Notes: generated by a model not told the origin, from the letters alone. 32,000 bases of DNA from Alkanindiges illinoisensis DSM 15370 (GCF_000619845.1 NZ_JHUX01000004.1:263180-295179); one strand, 5' to 3'; shown: positions 18,971 to 28,216, numbered from the stretch's first letter. Numbers and translations are program-made.

Positions 18971-19135
18971 CTGTAACGGATTGCTGTTTTTTTGCGAAAC
19001 TGTTTATTTTTAAAAGCTGCTTATCGTTGAAAACTGTGTATTTTTAGAATTTGCTTATTGATAAAAACTGCTTACTTATAAATTCTACTCATTGATAAAT
19101 AATGTTTTTTTAACTCAGCTTATTTTTTTCTTGGA
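18971..19135. repeat. Array of about 9-10 degenerate direct repeats with a 17-bp period (consensus approx CTGYTTATTTWTAAAAA)
   Basis: Units start at 18984, 19000, 19017, 19034, 19051, 19068, 19085, 19102 and 19119, with a shorter related unit at 18971. Examples: ctgtttatttttaaaag, ctgcttatcgttgaaaa, ctgtgtatttttagaat, ttgcttattgataaaaa, ctgcttacttataaatt. Confidence 0.65.
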
Positions 19136-19187
19136 ATTAATCAGGATTCAAAAGCTATATGCTAATTAATCCAATGAATAAAAATAC

Positions 19188-19751
19188 CTATAGCCAGCGC
19201 ACCTGATCAACCCGCATCAGTTCACAGGCGCCTGCACCAGTATCCTCACGCGACAAGGAGCTGCGCCAGTGCCAGCCGTTGCTCATTTCAATTTCAACCA
19301 GCGCACCTTGCAGATAGACCATATCATCCGGCTTGACCTTTTTTAGCTGTTTGGCCACTTCGCTATTGGCGGGAATGATATGCATGTTGGCACTGTGGAT
19401 TTCAATCTCGCGCAAAGGAATGGGTGGCTCATGATCCACATGCCAGCGATACCAGCGGTTACTTTGGCTTATATCAATCTGCGAATAGACTTCCGGCTTG
19501 GCCATATCGCCCCAGCCCACTGCAAAATCCACAGGTGAAAATTGTGCTTCGGTGCCAATGCTGTAATCTTCACGGCTTAAAATGCGGAATTCACCGGAAT
19601 AGGCTTCCAGTTCTTTCACCTGTACGCCCTGAGCAGCCTGTGTGCCTGCGCCAGTTGTCCATTGATCCAGATGTGGTGAAGGCCTTAGCCAGTGCGACCA
19701 TGCTGCATAACCAATGGCCAGCGCCAGTAACAGGTAAAATCCACGTTCCAT
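19188..19751 (-). CDS. Uncharacterised membrane-anchored/exported protein, paralog B of a tandem pair
   Basis: 187 aa with an N-terminal hydrophobic helix (FYLLLALAIGYAAW). Blocks shared with paralog A: FRIL-R-DY, EAQFSPVDFAV, HIIPAN, GW-W-RSSLSR-D-G-GACEL-RV. Confidence 0.7.
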   Translation of the reverse strand: MERGFYLLLALAIGYAAWSHWLRPSPHLDQWTTGAGTQAAQGVQVKELEAYSGEFRILSREDYSIGTEAQFSPVDFAVGWGDMAKPEVYSQIDISQSNRWYRWHVDHEPPIPLREIEIHSANMHIIPANSEVAKQLKKVKPDDMVYLQGALVEIEMSNGWHWRSSLSREDTGAGACELMRVDQVRWL

Positions 19752-19970
19752 GATGATTTCTCTTATTGGATTGCCTTATTGGTTTGGCTTAAACCAGCTT
19801 GCAACGCAGACCGGATATTTTGTCCTGTTATCATAACCAGTCCATAGGGCAAAAACAGCAAAATTTTAAATCTTAGGTCACGCTAAGTTTCAAATTTCAT
19901 TGTAGTTTTCACGAAACTGTCATATTTTTTCATTACAATTGAATAAACCTAATTATGTGTTGAACAATCA

Positions 19971-20630
19971 TTGAAAACGATTCTGGTGGCCAATCATAAA
20001 GGGGGCTGCGGCAAGACCATTACTGCCATTACTTTGGCAGCCGCTTTGGCAAGACGGGGTAACAAAGTAGCACTGGCTGATGCCGATGTACAAAAGTCGT
20101 CACTGCAATGGCTAAAGTTGCGGCCAGAACACGCCAGTAAAATTATTGGGCTGGACTGGCGTCATGACGACAGCATTGGCGATACACCAAAAAAGGTCGA
20201 TTGGCTGGTGGTAGATGCGCCGGGATCGCTCACCGACCAGCATGCGGCACAACTGGTGGCCACTGCCCATGCCATGATTATTCCGGTGCAACCCTCGTTT
20301 TTTGATGTGGACAGCACCCGGCGTTTTTTAAAGCACGTTGAAGACTTAAAGCGCGTGCGTAAAGGCAAGGTCCAGTTGCATTTGCTGGCCAACCGGGTAC
20401 GCGCGCAATCCATTGGCAGCAAGCAGCTTGAGGACTTTTTTAGGCAAGTGGATTTTACCCCACTGGGCTGGATTAGCGAGCGTAGCGCCTATCCGCAGCT
20501 GGCGGCACAGGGCTTGAGCATTTTTGATCATCACCAGAAACAGTATCAGCCCATGCAGGCCCAATGGCATGAGCTGCTTAACCAGCTGGAACCACCTGCT
20601 GCCGGGCCTGTTACCACGTGGTATGCCTAG
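19971..20630 (+). CDS. Orphan ParA/Soj-family P-loop ATPase
   Basis: TTG start gives the canonical N-terminus MKTILVANHKGGCGKTITAITLA (deviant Walker A KGGxGKT). DADVQKS and VVDAPG follow. No ParB-like gene is adjacent. Confidence 0.82.
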   Translation: MKTILVANHKGGCGKTITAITLAAALARRGNKVALADADVQKSSLQWLKLRPEHASKIIGLDWRHDDSIGDTPKKVDWLVVDAPGSLTDQHAAQLVATAHAMIIPVQPSFFDVDSTRRFLKHVEDLKRVRKGKVQLHLLANRVRAQSIGSKQLEDFFRQVDFTPLGWISERSAYPQLAAQGLSIFDHHQKQYQPMQAQWHELLNQLEPPAAGPVTTWYA

Positions 20631-20806
20631 ATTATTTTTGGTTTAGACCGCTCCTGATTACCGGGATCACACTGCTGCCGGGTTAGAGCAGATACAAATC
20701 CATGTGCTCAGACTGAATGATTCATAGATATTTTTCACTTTGCCGCTTGTGTAGGCATGTAGTTCGATTAACATAGCTGCATAACCCTCAGCATAATGAG
20801 ACTGGT

Positions 20807-21895
20807 GTGCAAGACGTTTCAGCCATTCAACGCCTGCTTTTACTTGGCCTGTTTATTGGGCTAATGCTGCTTAGCTTTCAGGTTTTAAAGTTTTTTATTG
20901 TGCCTGTGGTATGGGCCGCCATTCTAGCCTATATCACCTGGCCAATTTATCAGGCCATTTTGCGGACTTTTGGCTATCGGCATAATTTAAGCGCGCTGAC
21001 CATGACTACCATTTTAAGCGTGGTAATTGGCGTGCCGTTTATTATGGCTATTTTCCTGTTGCAGCATGAAGGCCGCGATTTGTATCTGAACCTGCAACGC
21101 CAGATTTTTGCCGGTGGTATTACCTTACCGGATTTTGTCCAGCATATTCCTATTATTGGCAAGGAAATGTCCCGCTTTGTGGCCCAGTTGAATGCGCATC
21201 CGCATGATCTGGCCAGCACCATCCGCAGCTGGATGCAGGGGCATATTGGCTATGGCCGGGTGGTACTGGGCGAAATTAGCCGCAATATTTTCAAGCTCAC
21301 GCTGGCTATTTTAACGCTGTTTTTCTTTTACCGGGATGGCACTTTTATTCTGGATCAGGTGCGCATGGCCCTGAACAAGATTATTGGTTATCGTGTGCAT
21401 GGTTATTTGCATGCTATTGGCGAAACCACACGCGCCGTCGTGTATGGCGTGGGCCTCACAGCACTGGCGCAAGCCTTGCTGGCTGGCCTTGGCTACTGGG
21501 TGGCAGGTGTGCCCAATCCGGTGGTGTTGACCTTCGCCACTTTTCTGCTGGCGCTGATTCCATTTGGTACGCCATTTTCATGGGGCGGTGTTTGCATCTG
21601 GCTGCTGTCGCAGGGTCACACCTGGGAAGCGGCTGGCATGGCAGTCTGGGGTTTATGCGTGGTGAGCTGGGTGGATAATATTATCCGGCCACTGGTGATT
21701 TCCGGTGCAACCAAAATTCCATTTTTGCTGATTATGTTTGGCGTACTGGGTGGCCTGGCCAGTTTTGGCATGGTAGGCGTATTTATTGGCCCGGTGATTC
21801 TGGCAATTTTGCTGGCAGTCTGGCGTGAATGGCTGCATCAAAAGCTGATTGAACCGGAACAGGAAGAACTGTTTGAAGAAAAGCCACTGCTATAG
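20807..21895 (+). CDS. AI-2E family transporter (PerM/YhhT, UPF0118)
   Basis: 362-aa polytopic protein. The late conserved block VVSWVDNIIRPLVISGATKIPFLLIMFGVLGG is typical of the family. GTG start is inferred from the ORF track. Confidence 0.82.
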   Translation: MQDVSAIQRLLLLGLFIGLMLLSFQVLKFFIVPVVWAAILAYITWPIYQAILRTFGYRHNLSALTMTTILSVVIGVPFIMAIFLLQHEGRDLYLNLQRQIFAGGITLPDFVQHIPIIGKEMSRFVAQLNAHPHDLASTIRSWMQGHIGYGRVVLGEISRNIFKLTLAILTLFFFYRDGTFILDQVRMALNKIIGYRVHGYLHAIGETTRAVVYGVGLTALAQALLAGLGYWVAGVPNPVVLTFATFLLALIPFGTPFSWGGVCIWLLSQGHTWEAAGMAVWGLCVVSWVDNIIRPLVISGATKIPFLLIMFGVLGGLASFGMVGVFIGPVILAILLAVWREWLHQKLIEPEQEELFEEKPLL

Positions 21896-21940
21896 CTGTT
21901 ATAACAGTGAAGCGGCTTTTTTTATGACGATTGTGTTGGG

Positions 21941-23164
21941 CTATTCCATAACAAATTCACTCAGCACATCATTTAAATAATTAAATCCGTGTGCGGTACA
22001 TTGCAGGCGCTGCTCATCTGTAACCAGCAGGCCCTGCTGCCGCAACCGAGTCAATATGGATTGCAGGCTAGTGAGTGACAGGCCTGTCCGCGCCGCATAA
22101 AAAATACTAGGCACTCCGCCTTTTAACCGTAAGGCATTCATCATAAATTCAAATGGCATGTCATCGGCAGCAATGGCCTGCCAGTTCAGCATGCTGGCCG
22201 GTTGCTGGGCCAGATAATCCTTCGGTTGGCGGGTTTTCTGGAAACGGTAAATGCCCTCTGGCTTAGTTACCTTGCCATGTGCCCCCGCACCAATTGCCAG
22301 ATAATCCCCAAACTGCCAGTAATTCAGGTTGTGCCGACAGGGTTGTTCTTTGGCCCACGCCGACACTTCATATTGCACATAACCAAGATTTTGCAGCACC
22401 GCTTCCCCGGCCTGCTGGATATCGGCCAGAATATCATCTTCTGGCAACACCGGCTGGGTTCTAAAAAATACCGTATTGGGTTCAATGGTCAGTTGATACC
22501 ATGAAATATGGGTCGCGCCCTGACCAATTGCTGTGTGCAAGTCATACAGAGCCTGTGCCTCGGTTTGGGCTGGCAGGCCATGCATCAAATCAACATTTAA
22601 GCGGTTAAACCCCGCCTCACGCGCGCGGGTAATGGCCTGCATGGCATCATCCTGGCTATGAATACGGCCAAGACGCTGCAACTGTGCACTGTCAAAAGTT
22701 TGCACGCCCAGAGACAAGCGGTTGATCCCTGCTTCCAGATAATCAGCAAAGGGTTGATGTTCCAGTGTGCCGGGGTTAGCTTCCAGCGTAATTTCACAAT
22801 CGGCACTAAAGTCAAACAGGGCTTTTAACTGGTTAAATAACCACTGGTAGCCTTTGGCCGAAATCAGCGAGGGCGTGCCACCGCCAATAAATACACTGGA
22901 AATGCATCTGCCTTGTGCCAATGGTTGCTGTTGTGCTGCATCTTGTATTAATGCCTGTAAATACGCTTGCTCAAGCGCGGCAGGCAAGGCACTATCTGGA
23001 AAATTAACAACAGATGTAGCCTCTTGAACTGCTTGCACTTTTGGCAAGGCATGCGAATTAAAATCGCAGTAAGGGCATTTTTTTACACACCACGGCATGT
23101 GAATGTACAGGGCCAGCGGAATGACTGCTGGCTCAAGTAAAACCGGATCGTGCAAAATGGGCAT
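21941..23164 (-). CDS. hemW: Radical SAM heme chaperone HemW (HemN-like, oxygen-independent coproporphyrinogen oxidase family)
   Basis: LALYIHMPWCVKKCPYCDFNSH (CxxxCxxC), FIGGGTPS and GVQTFDSAQLQRLGRIH motifs. The start is ATG 23164 or TTG 23173. Confidence 0.9.
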   Translation of the reverse strand: MPILHDPVLLEPAVIPLALYIHMPWCVKKCPYCDFNSHALPKVQAVQEATSVVNFPDSALPAALEQAYLQALIQDAAQQQPLAQGRCISSVFIGGGTPSLISAKGYQWLFNQLKALFDFSADCEITLEANPGTLEHQPFADYLEAGINRLSLGVQTFDSAQLQRLGRIHSQDDAMQAITRAREAGFNRLNVDLMHGLPAQTEAQALYDLHTAIGQGATHISWYQLTIEPNTVFFRTQPVLPEDDILADIQQAGEAVLQNLGYVQYEVSAWAKEQPCRHNLNYWQFGDYLAIGAGAHGKVTKPEGIYRFQKTRQPKDYLAQQPASMLNWQAIAADDMPFEFMMNALRLKGGVPSIFYAARTGLSLTSLQSILTRLRQQGLLVTDEQRLQCTAHGFNYLNDVLSEFVME

Positions 23165-23188
23165 GACTGTCAATTTAGGAGTCTCAAC

Positions 23189-23647
23189 GTGGCCTACTGG
23201 CTAATGAAATCTGAACCACAAGGCTTTGGCATTGACCATTTGCAACAGCGCGGTGTTGCATTGTGGGATGGCGTGCGTAACTATCAGGCCCGTAACTTTT
23301 TGCGGCAAATGCAGGCTGGTGATCAGGCACTGTTTTACCATTCCAATTGTAAAGTACCGGGCATCGTAGGTCTAATGACAATTGTCAAGGGCGGTTATGC
23401 CGACCCGACTCAGTTTAATCCGGAACACCGTTATTACGATCCAAAATCCACCCTTGATAAGCCGCGCTGGACGGGCGTGGATGTAGAATTTGTCGAAAAA
23501 TGGCCGGAGATTTTGCCACTGTCCACCTTGCGCGAAATGCCGGAGCTGGAAGACCTGCCACTACTAAAAACAGGGAGCCGTCTGTCCCTCATGCCAGTAA
23601 CACCCGCACAGTGGCAGGCCATTTTACTGCATAAACCCAGCGCATAG
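23189..23647 (+). CDS. EVE (PUA-like) domain protein
   Basis: AGGAG (23177-23181) lies 7 nt upstream of GTG 23189, giving (M)AYWLMKSEP, the usual EVE-domain N-terminus. WDGVRNYQARNFLRQMQAGDQALFYHSN supports the call. The track start at 23150 would overlap hemW. Confidence 0.83.
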   Translation: MAYWLMKSEPQGFGIDHLQQRGVALWDGVRNYQARNFLRQMQAGDQALFYHSNCKVPGIVGLMTIVKGGYADPTQFNPEHRYYDPKSTLDKPRWTGVDVEFVEKWPEILPLSTLREMPELEDLPLLKTGSRLSLMPVTPAQWQAILLHKPSA

Positions 23648-23733
23648 ACCTCACTCTAAAATCAAATCAGTATGACGATATAACTGCCGCCACATCGTAA
23701 TCATCAGATAAAAGCCATCAGGTAAATGCCACC

Positions 23734-24189
23734 ATGAAAGGATTGGAACTCAGTACATTATTAATGCTAGGACTGGCTGGTGGCATTGCGCTGGCCAGTC
23801 AGGCCGGGGTTAACGCCCAGCTACGTCAGTATGTCAACTCGCCTTATCAGGCCGCCTTTCTTTCCTTTCTGGTAGGCACTGTGATTCTGGGTGCTGTGGT
23901 CATGCTGCAAACTGATTCAAGGCCACAGTTGCAGCACCTGCTGGGCATGCCACTCTGGCTATGGGTTGGTGGTTTGCTGGGTGCTTTTGGCGTGAGCGTG
24001 TCGATTATTCTGGCGCCACGGCTAGGCGCAGTTAACCTGACTATTATTATTGTGTGCGGGCAACTGCTGGCATCGCTAGTACTTGATCACTTTGGCTGGC
24101 TGGGATTTGAAAAACACACTATTAACTGGCAACGCATTGCCGGCGCACTTATGGTGATGGCAGGGCTGGTGTTAACAGTAAAGTACTAG
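23734..24189 (+). CDS. DMT-superfamily small membrane transporter (YdcZ / DUF606)
   Basis: 151 aa with five predicted helices. The N-terminal pattern GIALASQAGVNAQLRQYVNSPYQAAFLSFLVGT matches DUF606 proteins. Confidence 0.78.
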   Translation: MKGLELSTLLMLGLAGGIALASQAGVNAQLRQYVNSPYQAAFLSFLVGTVILGAVVMLQTDSRPQLQHLLGMPLWLWVGGLLGAFGVSVSIILAPRLGAVNLTIIIVCGQLLASLVLDHFGWLGFEKHTINWQRIAGALMVMAGLVLTVKY

Positions 24190-24317
24190 TATTAATTTCT
24201 TTATAACAGGGTTTAGCCAAGCTCATACAAAGCATATGTCTGTGCTTACCTTAACAACATTTGTTCTCTACTAGACTAGGTTCAGTTCAATCCCCTATCC
24301 ATAAGAGAACGTAAATC

Positions 24318-25160
24318 ATGCAAAAAACAAAACTCAGCTTAAGTATAATGACTGGCCTTCTGGCTGCTGCATTAACCGGTTGCGGCGGCAGTGGCGGTGG
24401 CAGTGATGACAGCTATACGCCACCAGCACTACAAAATGGGCCTGGCGGTACCCTGCTTGGCTTTTATGCGGAAACTCAGGATGCTAATGATCCTAATGCG
24501 GAAGTTGGTGGCATTTATGTCGATGCGCCAAAAGATGAAGGACGTATCAAAGGCCGCGCTTCTTTCCGCTATTTTGACTGTCAGGACAATAACAGTAACA
24601 ATCTGGAAATTGAAGGCAACAAGCTAACCAGCTACTTGTCTGGCACAATTGAAGGCGCACTGGATTCCACCTCTACCAATGAGAATAATACGGAAATCCT
24701 GCTGGCCTTTGACAAACTGTCCTATTCCCGCGCAGACGACAAGTACACTGGTGGCTACGTACTGGATCAGGACGGTAATGATAGCCGTACGGTTAAGGAC
24801 TGCAATGGCAATGATCAGGATTTTGTCGTTGCACACAAAGGTACTATTACCCTGTATCCATCTGATACGGTATTCCCGAATGATTTTAAAGTGGATGTTA
24901 ATGCCGCAGGTAATCTCGTTAGCTGGAGTGGTGCACCAAACGGTGTTCGCAAGGCTTTAATTGATGTAATTGATCCAAATGCGATTGGTAATAGCACCGC
25001 AAAAGGCATTGTTTATCAAACTATTAGTACTTCCGTGTTACCAACTCATATCGTGCCTAATGATGCAGTGACTGATAATACTAACTACGTGGTGGTGGTG
25101 CAGTTATTTGATGAAAATAATAAACCACTGGCATTTAAACAAGTAACTGCCAAGTTTTAA
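24318..25160 (+). CDS. Uncharacterised lipoprotein
   Basis: Signal plus lipobox MQKTKLSLSIMTGLLAAALTGC, followed by a GGSGGGSDD linker. The 280-aa protein is rich in N/D/T and beta-like. I recognise no family. Confidence 0.7.
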   Translation: MQKTKLSLSIMTGLLAAALTGCGGSGGGSDDSYTPPALQNGPGGTLLGFYAETQDANDPNAEVGGIYVDAPKDEGRIKGRASFRYFDCQDNNSNNLEIEGNKLTSYLSGTIEGALDSTSTNENNTEILLAFDKLSYSRADDKYTGGYVLDQDGNDSRTVKDCNGNDQDFVVAHKGTITLYPSDTVFPNDFKVDVNAAGNLVSWSGAPNGVRKALIDVIDPNAIGNSTAKGIVYQTISTSVLPTHIVPNDAVTDNTNYVVVVQLFDENNKPLAFKQVTAKF

Positions 25161-25186
25161 TCCTTAGGCTTTAACTTAATTCCAGC

Positions 25187-25228
25187 CTGCTGTGCTTGCC
25201 TTAAGCGGTAAATACAGCAGGTTTTTTA
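25187..25228 (+). terminator. Rho-independent terminator
   Basis: cctgctgt (25187-25194) pairs with acagcagg (25215-25222), with inner gctt/aagc pairing and then a T6 run. Confidence 0.55.
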
Positions 25229-25359
25229 TGCCTGTATTGTTATTGGGCAGTATGTTAATGAAGCCATAAGCCTGCTTCTGGAGCATTACCTGCTCGCAGT
25301 CCACTCTATTAACCTAAATCCGGCTACAATAGCGCTTGATTATATGATGTAGAAAAACC

Positions 25360-26784
25360 ATGTCAGGGTCACCGACCAAATACAGCTACAAAATGCTAAA
25401 GCCTGATAGCCGACGTGATGAAATTCTCACCCTGTTTCATCTGATGTGGCCTATTTTAATTACCCAGGTGGCGCAAGCTGGTTTTGGCCTGATTGATACC
25501 GTAATGGCCGGGCGCATGTCACCCACTGATCTAGCCGTGGTGGCTGTTGGAGTGGGATTATGGTTACCCGTCGTGCTGTTTATGGCAGGCGTGATGATTG
25601 CCACTACCCCACTGGTGGCAGAGGCCAAGGGCGCCGGGCAAAGTCATAAAATTCCCTGGATTACCCAACAAGCACTGTATCTGGCCGTCTTGCTGGGACT
25701 GGCTGGTTTTGCCGTGCTACAGCTTGCCCCCTTAAGCTTTAACCTGCTGGACGTACCGGCGCACCTGCAACCCAAAGCCAGCTTCTTTTTGCATGCCATT
25801 GCCTTTGGCATGCCAGCCGTAACGCTATATGCCACCTTGCGCGGTTATACCGAAGCACTGGGTCATCCACGGCCTGTCACGGTGATTAGTATTCTGGGTT
25901 TGCTGGGCATTATTCCGCTTAACTATGTGTTTATGCATGGCTTGTTTGGCTTGCCCAAGCTGGGCGGTGCAGGTTGCGGCATTGCTACGGCCAGTATTCA
26001 GTGGATCATGCTGATTGTGCTGGCTATTTACTTAAGCCTCTCAAAAACCTATCAGCAGATTAAAATTTTTCAGCAGTTTAGCCGCTTTAATGCAGCCATG
26101 ATCAGGCGAATTTTTGCACTGGGTGCACCCATTGGCATGGCGATATTCTTTGAGGTTAGCCTGTTTAGTATTGCTGCCATTATTTTAAGTCCGCTGGGCG
26201 AAATTGTGGTATCAGCGCACCAGATTGCGCTATCGGTGACGTCGGTATTTTTTATGGCACCCCTTTCGCTGGGCATGGCACTCACCATCCGGGTGGGCCA
26301 ATTGTATGGCGAGCAAAACTGGTCGGCCATGCAGTATGTGCAACGGCTGGGCTTTATTTTTGCCACCAGTATGGCGCTGGCTGCCATGCTGCTCATGTTG
26401 CTGTTCCGCGAGCAAATTACCGGTTTTTATACCACTGATTCAACTGTTCAGGCAACGGCGACCAGTCTGCTGTTGTTTGCACTCATTTACCAGTTGTCCG
26501 ATGCCTGGCAAGTGGCTGCTGCCGGCTGTTTGCGCGGTATGCAGGATACGCAAGGCCCGATGTGGATTACCCTACTGTCCTACTGGGGCATTGCCCTGCC
26601 GCTGGGAATTGTGCTGTCACGGGTATTGCCTTATGGCGCAGCAGGTTTCTGGACTGGGCTGGTCATTGGCCTGACCATTGCTGCAGTATTACTCAGCTTT
26701 CGCCTGCGGCATCGACAAAAACTGCTATTCCAGCATTTGGCAGCCAATGTGGCAAGTTCCACGCTCCCTGTTAAAAACCCATAA
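25360..26784 (+). CDS. norM: MATE family multidrug efflux transporter (NorM/AbeM-like)
   Basis: LFHLMWPILITQVAQAGFGLIDTVMAGR is the typical NorM-type N-terminal motif, and the protein has 12 TM-like segments. The start may be ATG 25393 (MLKPDSRRDEIL...). Confidence 0.87.
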   Translation: MSGSPTKYSYKMLKPDSRRDEILTLFHLMWPILITQVAQAGFGLIDTVMAGRMSPTDLAVVAVGVGLWLPVVLFMAGVMIATTPLVAEAKGAGQSHKIPWITQQALYLAVLLGLAGFAVLQLAPLSFNLLDVPAHLQPKASFFLHAIAFGMPAVTLYATLRGYTEALGHPRPVTVISILGLLGIIPLNYVFMHGLFGLPKLGGAGCGIATASIQWIMLIVLAIYLSLSKTYQQIKIFQQFSRFNAAMIRRIFALGAPIGMAIFFEVSLFSIAAIILSPLGEIVVSAHQIALSVTSVFFMAPLSLGMALTIRVGQLYGEQNWSAMQYVQRLGFIFATSMALAAMLLMLLFREQITGFYTTDSTVQATATSLLLFALIYQLSDAWQVAAAGCLRGMQDTQGPMWITLLSYWGIALPLGIVLSRVLPYGAAGFWTGLVIGLTIAAVLLSFRLRHRQKLLFQHLAANVASSTLPVKNP

Positions 26785-26902
26785 ACACATTTAGCCACAT
26801 CTGCTCACATAGCCCAACAAAAACACTATTTTTTTGGGCTTGGCAGGGCGGTATGTGCATGCCACACTGCCCTATTACTCCTGTTTTTGTAAGGTTAAAG
26901 TT

Positions 26903-28216
26903 GTGGCTGAAAAAACCAGTACACCCGGCCGCCGTTTCATCAAGCTAGCTGGTATGACCGCCAGCATTGCCGGCAAGGCAGTCAGCAATTCCATCAAATC
27001 CTTTAATGCCAACGATGAAGAAAAACTCGCGGCCAAATCCCGACTGTATGAAGATATTGGCCTTAAGATTGCCGATACACTGGGCGAGATGAAAGGCGCC
27101 GTGATGAAAGTGGGGCAGATTGCCTCCCAGTACAAGGATATTTTCCCACCTGAAGTGGCCAAAGCCATTGCCAAGCTGCAACGTCAGGCACCACCAGTAC
27201 CCTTTAGCACCATTCAATACCAGATTGAACGCGAAATGGGCAAACCGTTAGACCAGATTTTTTCATCTATCGACAGTGAACCATTCGCCGCTGCCTCCAT
27301 TGGACAGGTGCATCGTGCAGTGTTGCCTACTGGCGAGCGCGTGGTGGTGAAAGTGCAATATCCGGGTGTGGATGAAGCCTGCGAAAGTGACTTAAAGCAG
27401 GTGCGGCTGGCGTTGCGATTGGCCGGTGTGTTCAAAATTGACAAAAAGCTTCAGGACAAGCTGTTTGATGAAATGCGGGACAGTCTGACTGCCGAGCTAA
27501 ATTACAATATTGAAGCGCATAACCTGCAAGTGTTTTCCACTTTTCACCAACCCCTCGACAGCAAGGTGATTATTCCCAAAGTTTATCCGGCCTATTCAAC
27601 CCGCCGGGTACTCACGTTAAGTGAAGAACTGGGCGATTCCATTGAAACTGCTGCTACCTGGTCACAGGAACTGCGTAATGAACTGGGCGAGCGCCTGTTT
27701 CGCCTGATCAGTCAGGAAGTATTTTTCCTGCATAGTTTTCATAGCGACCCGCATCCGGGCAACTTTGCCTTTCGGCCTGATGGTTCCGTGGTGGTGTATG
27801 ACTATGGCAGCACCAAAACCCTGTCACCTGAACTTGTTAACATCAACAAGCAACTGGTTCGTGCCGCTTTTAGCCATGATATTCCAGCGCTGGAACAAGC
27901 CTTGCGCGAATTGCATGTGCGCAACTATAACGGCCAGATTCCGGCAGAGTTTTACCAGCAGTGGATTGATATTCTCATTAGCCCATTAAATGGTGAATAT
28001 GATTTTGCCAAAAATACAGCGCACCATGACGCCGTGGAATTACTGAAAAAATCCCTGAAGTACTGGGACAGTTTCCAGCCCTCGCCCGAAACCATGATGC
28101 TCAACCGCACCATCTCCGGCCATTACTGGAATATGATCAACCTGAAAGTCAAAGACAATTTCAAGCCTTTGCTGGAAGAAGTCGTGCCGCTGCATAGTTC
28201 AGCATCGCCCACCTGA
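26903..28216 (+). CDS. ABC1/AarF/UbiB-family atypical protein kinase
   Basis: MKVGQIASQ, FAAASIGQVHRAVL, VVKVQYPGV and HSDPHPGNF motifs. The start is uncertain: GTG 26903 preceded by AAGG, or ATG 26954. The track start TTG 26834 lies inside a hairpin (26811-26840). Confidence 0.8.
   Translation: MAEKTSTPGRRFIKLAGMTASIAGKAVSNSIKSFNANDEEKLAAKSRLYEDIGLKIADTLGEMKGAVMKVGQIASQYKDIFPPEVAKAIAKLQRQAPPVPFSTIQYQIEREMGKPLDQIFSSIDSEPFAAASIGQVHRAVLPTGERVVVKVQYPGVDEACESDLKQVRLALRLAGVFKIDKKLQDKLFDEMRDSLTAELNYNIEAHNLQVFSTFHQPLDSKVIIPKVYPAYSTRRVLTLSEELGDSIETAATWSQELRNELGERLFRLISQEVFFLHSFHSDPHPGNFAFRPDGSVVVYDYGSTKTLSPELVNINKQLVRAAFSHDIPALEQALRELHVRNYNGQIPAEFYQQWIDILISPLNGEYDFAKNTAHHDAVELLKKSLKYWDSFQPSPETMMLNRTISGHYWNMINLKVKDNFKPLLEEVVPLHSSASPT

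Noticed and set aside
18971-19135. The 17-bp repeat array as a CRISPR array
   Set aside because: The units are contiguous with no unique spacers, are only 17 bp long, and are degenerate and AT-rich. No cas genes are present in the window.
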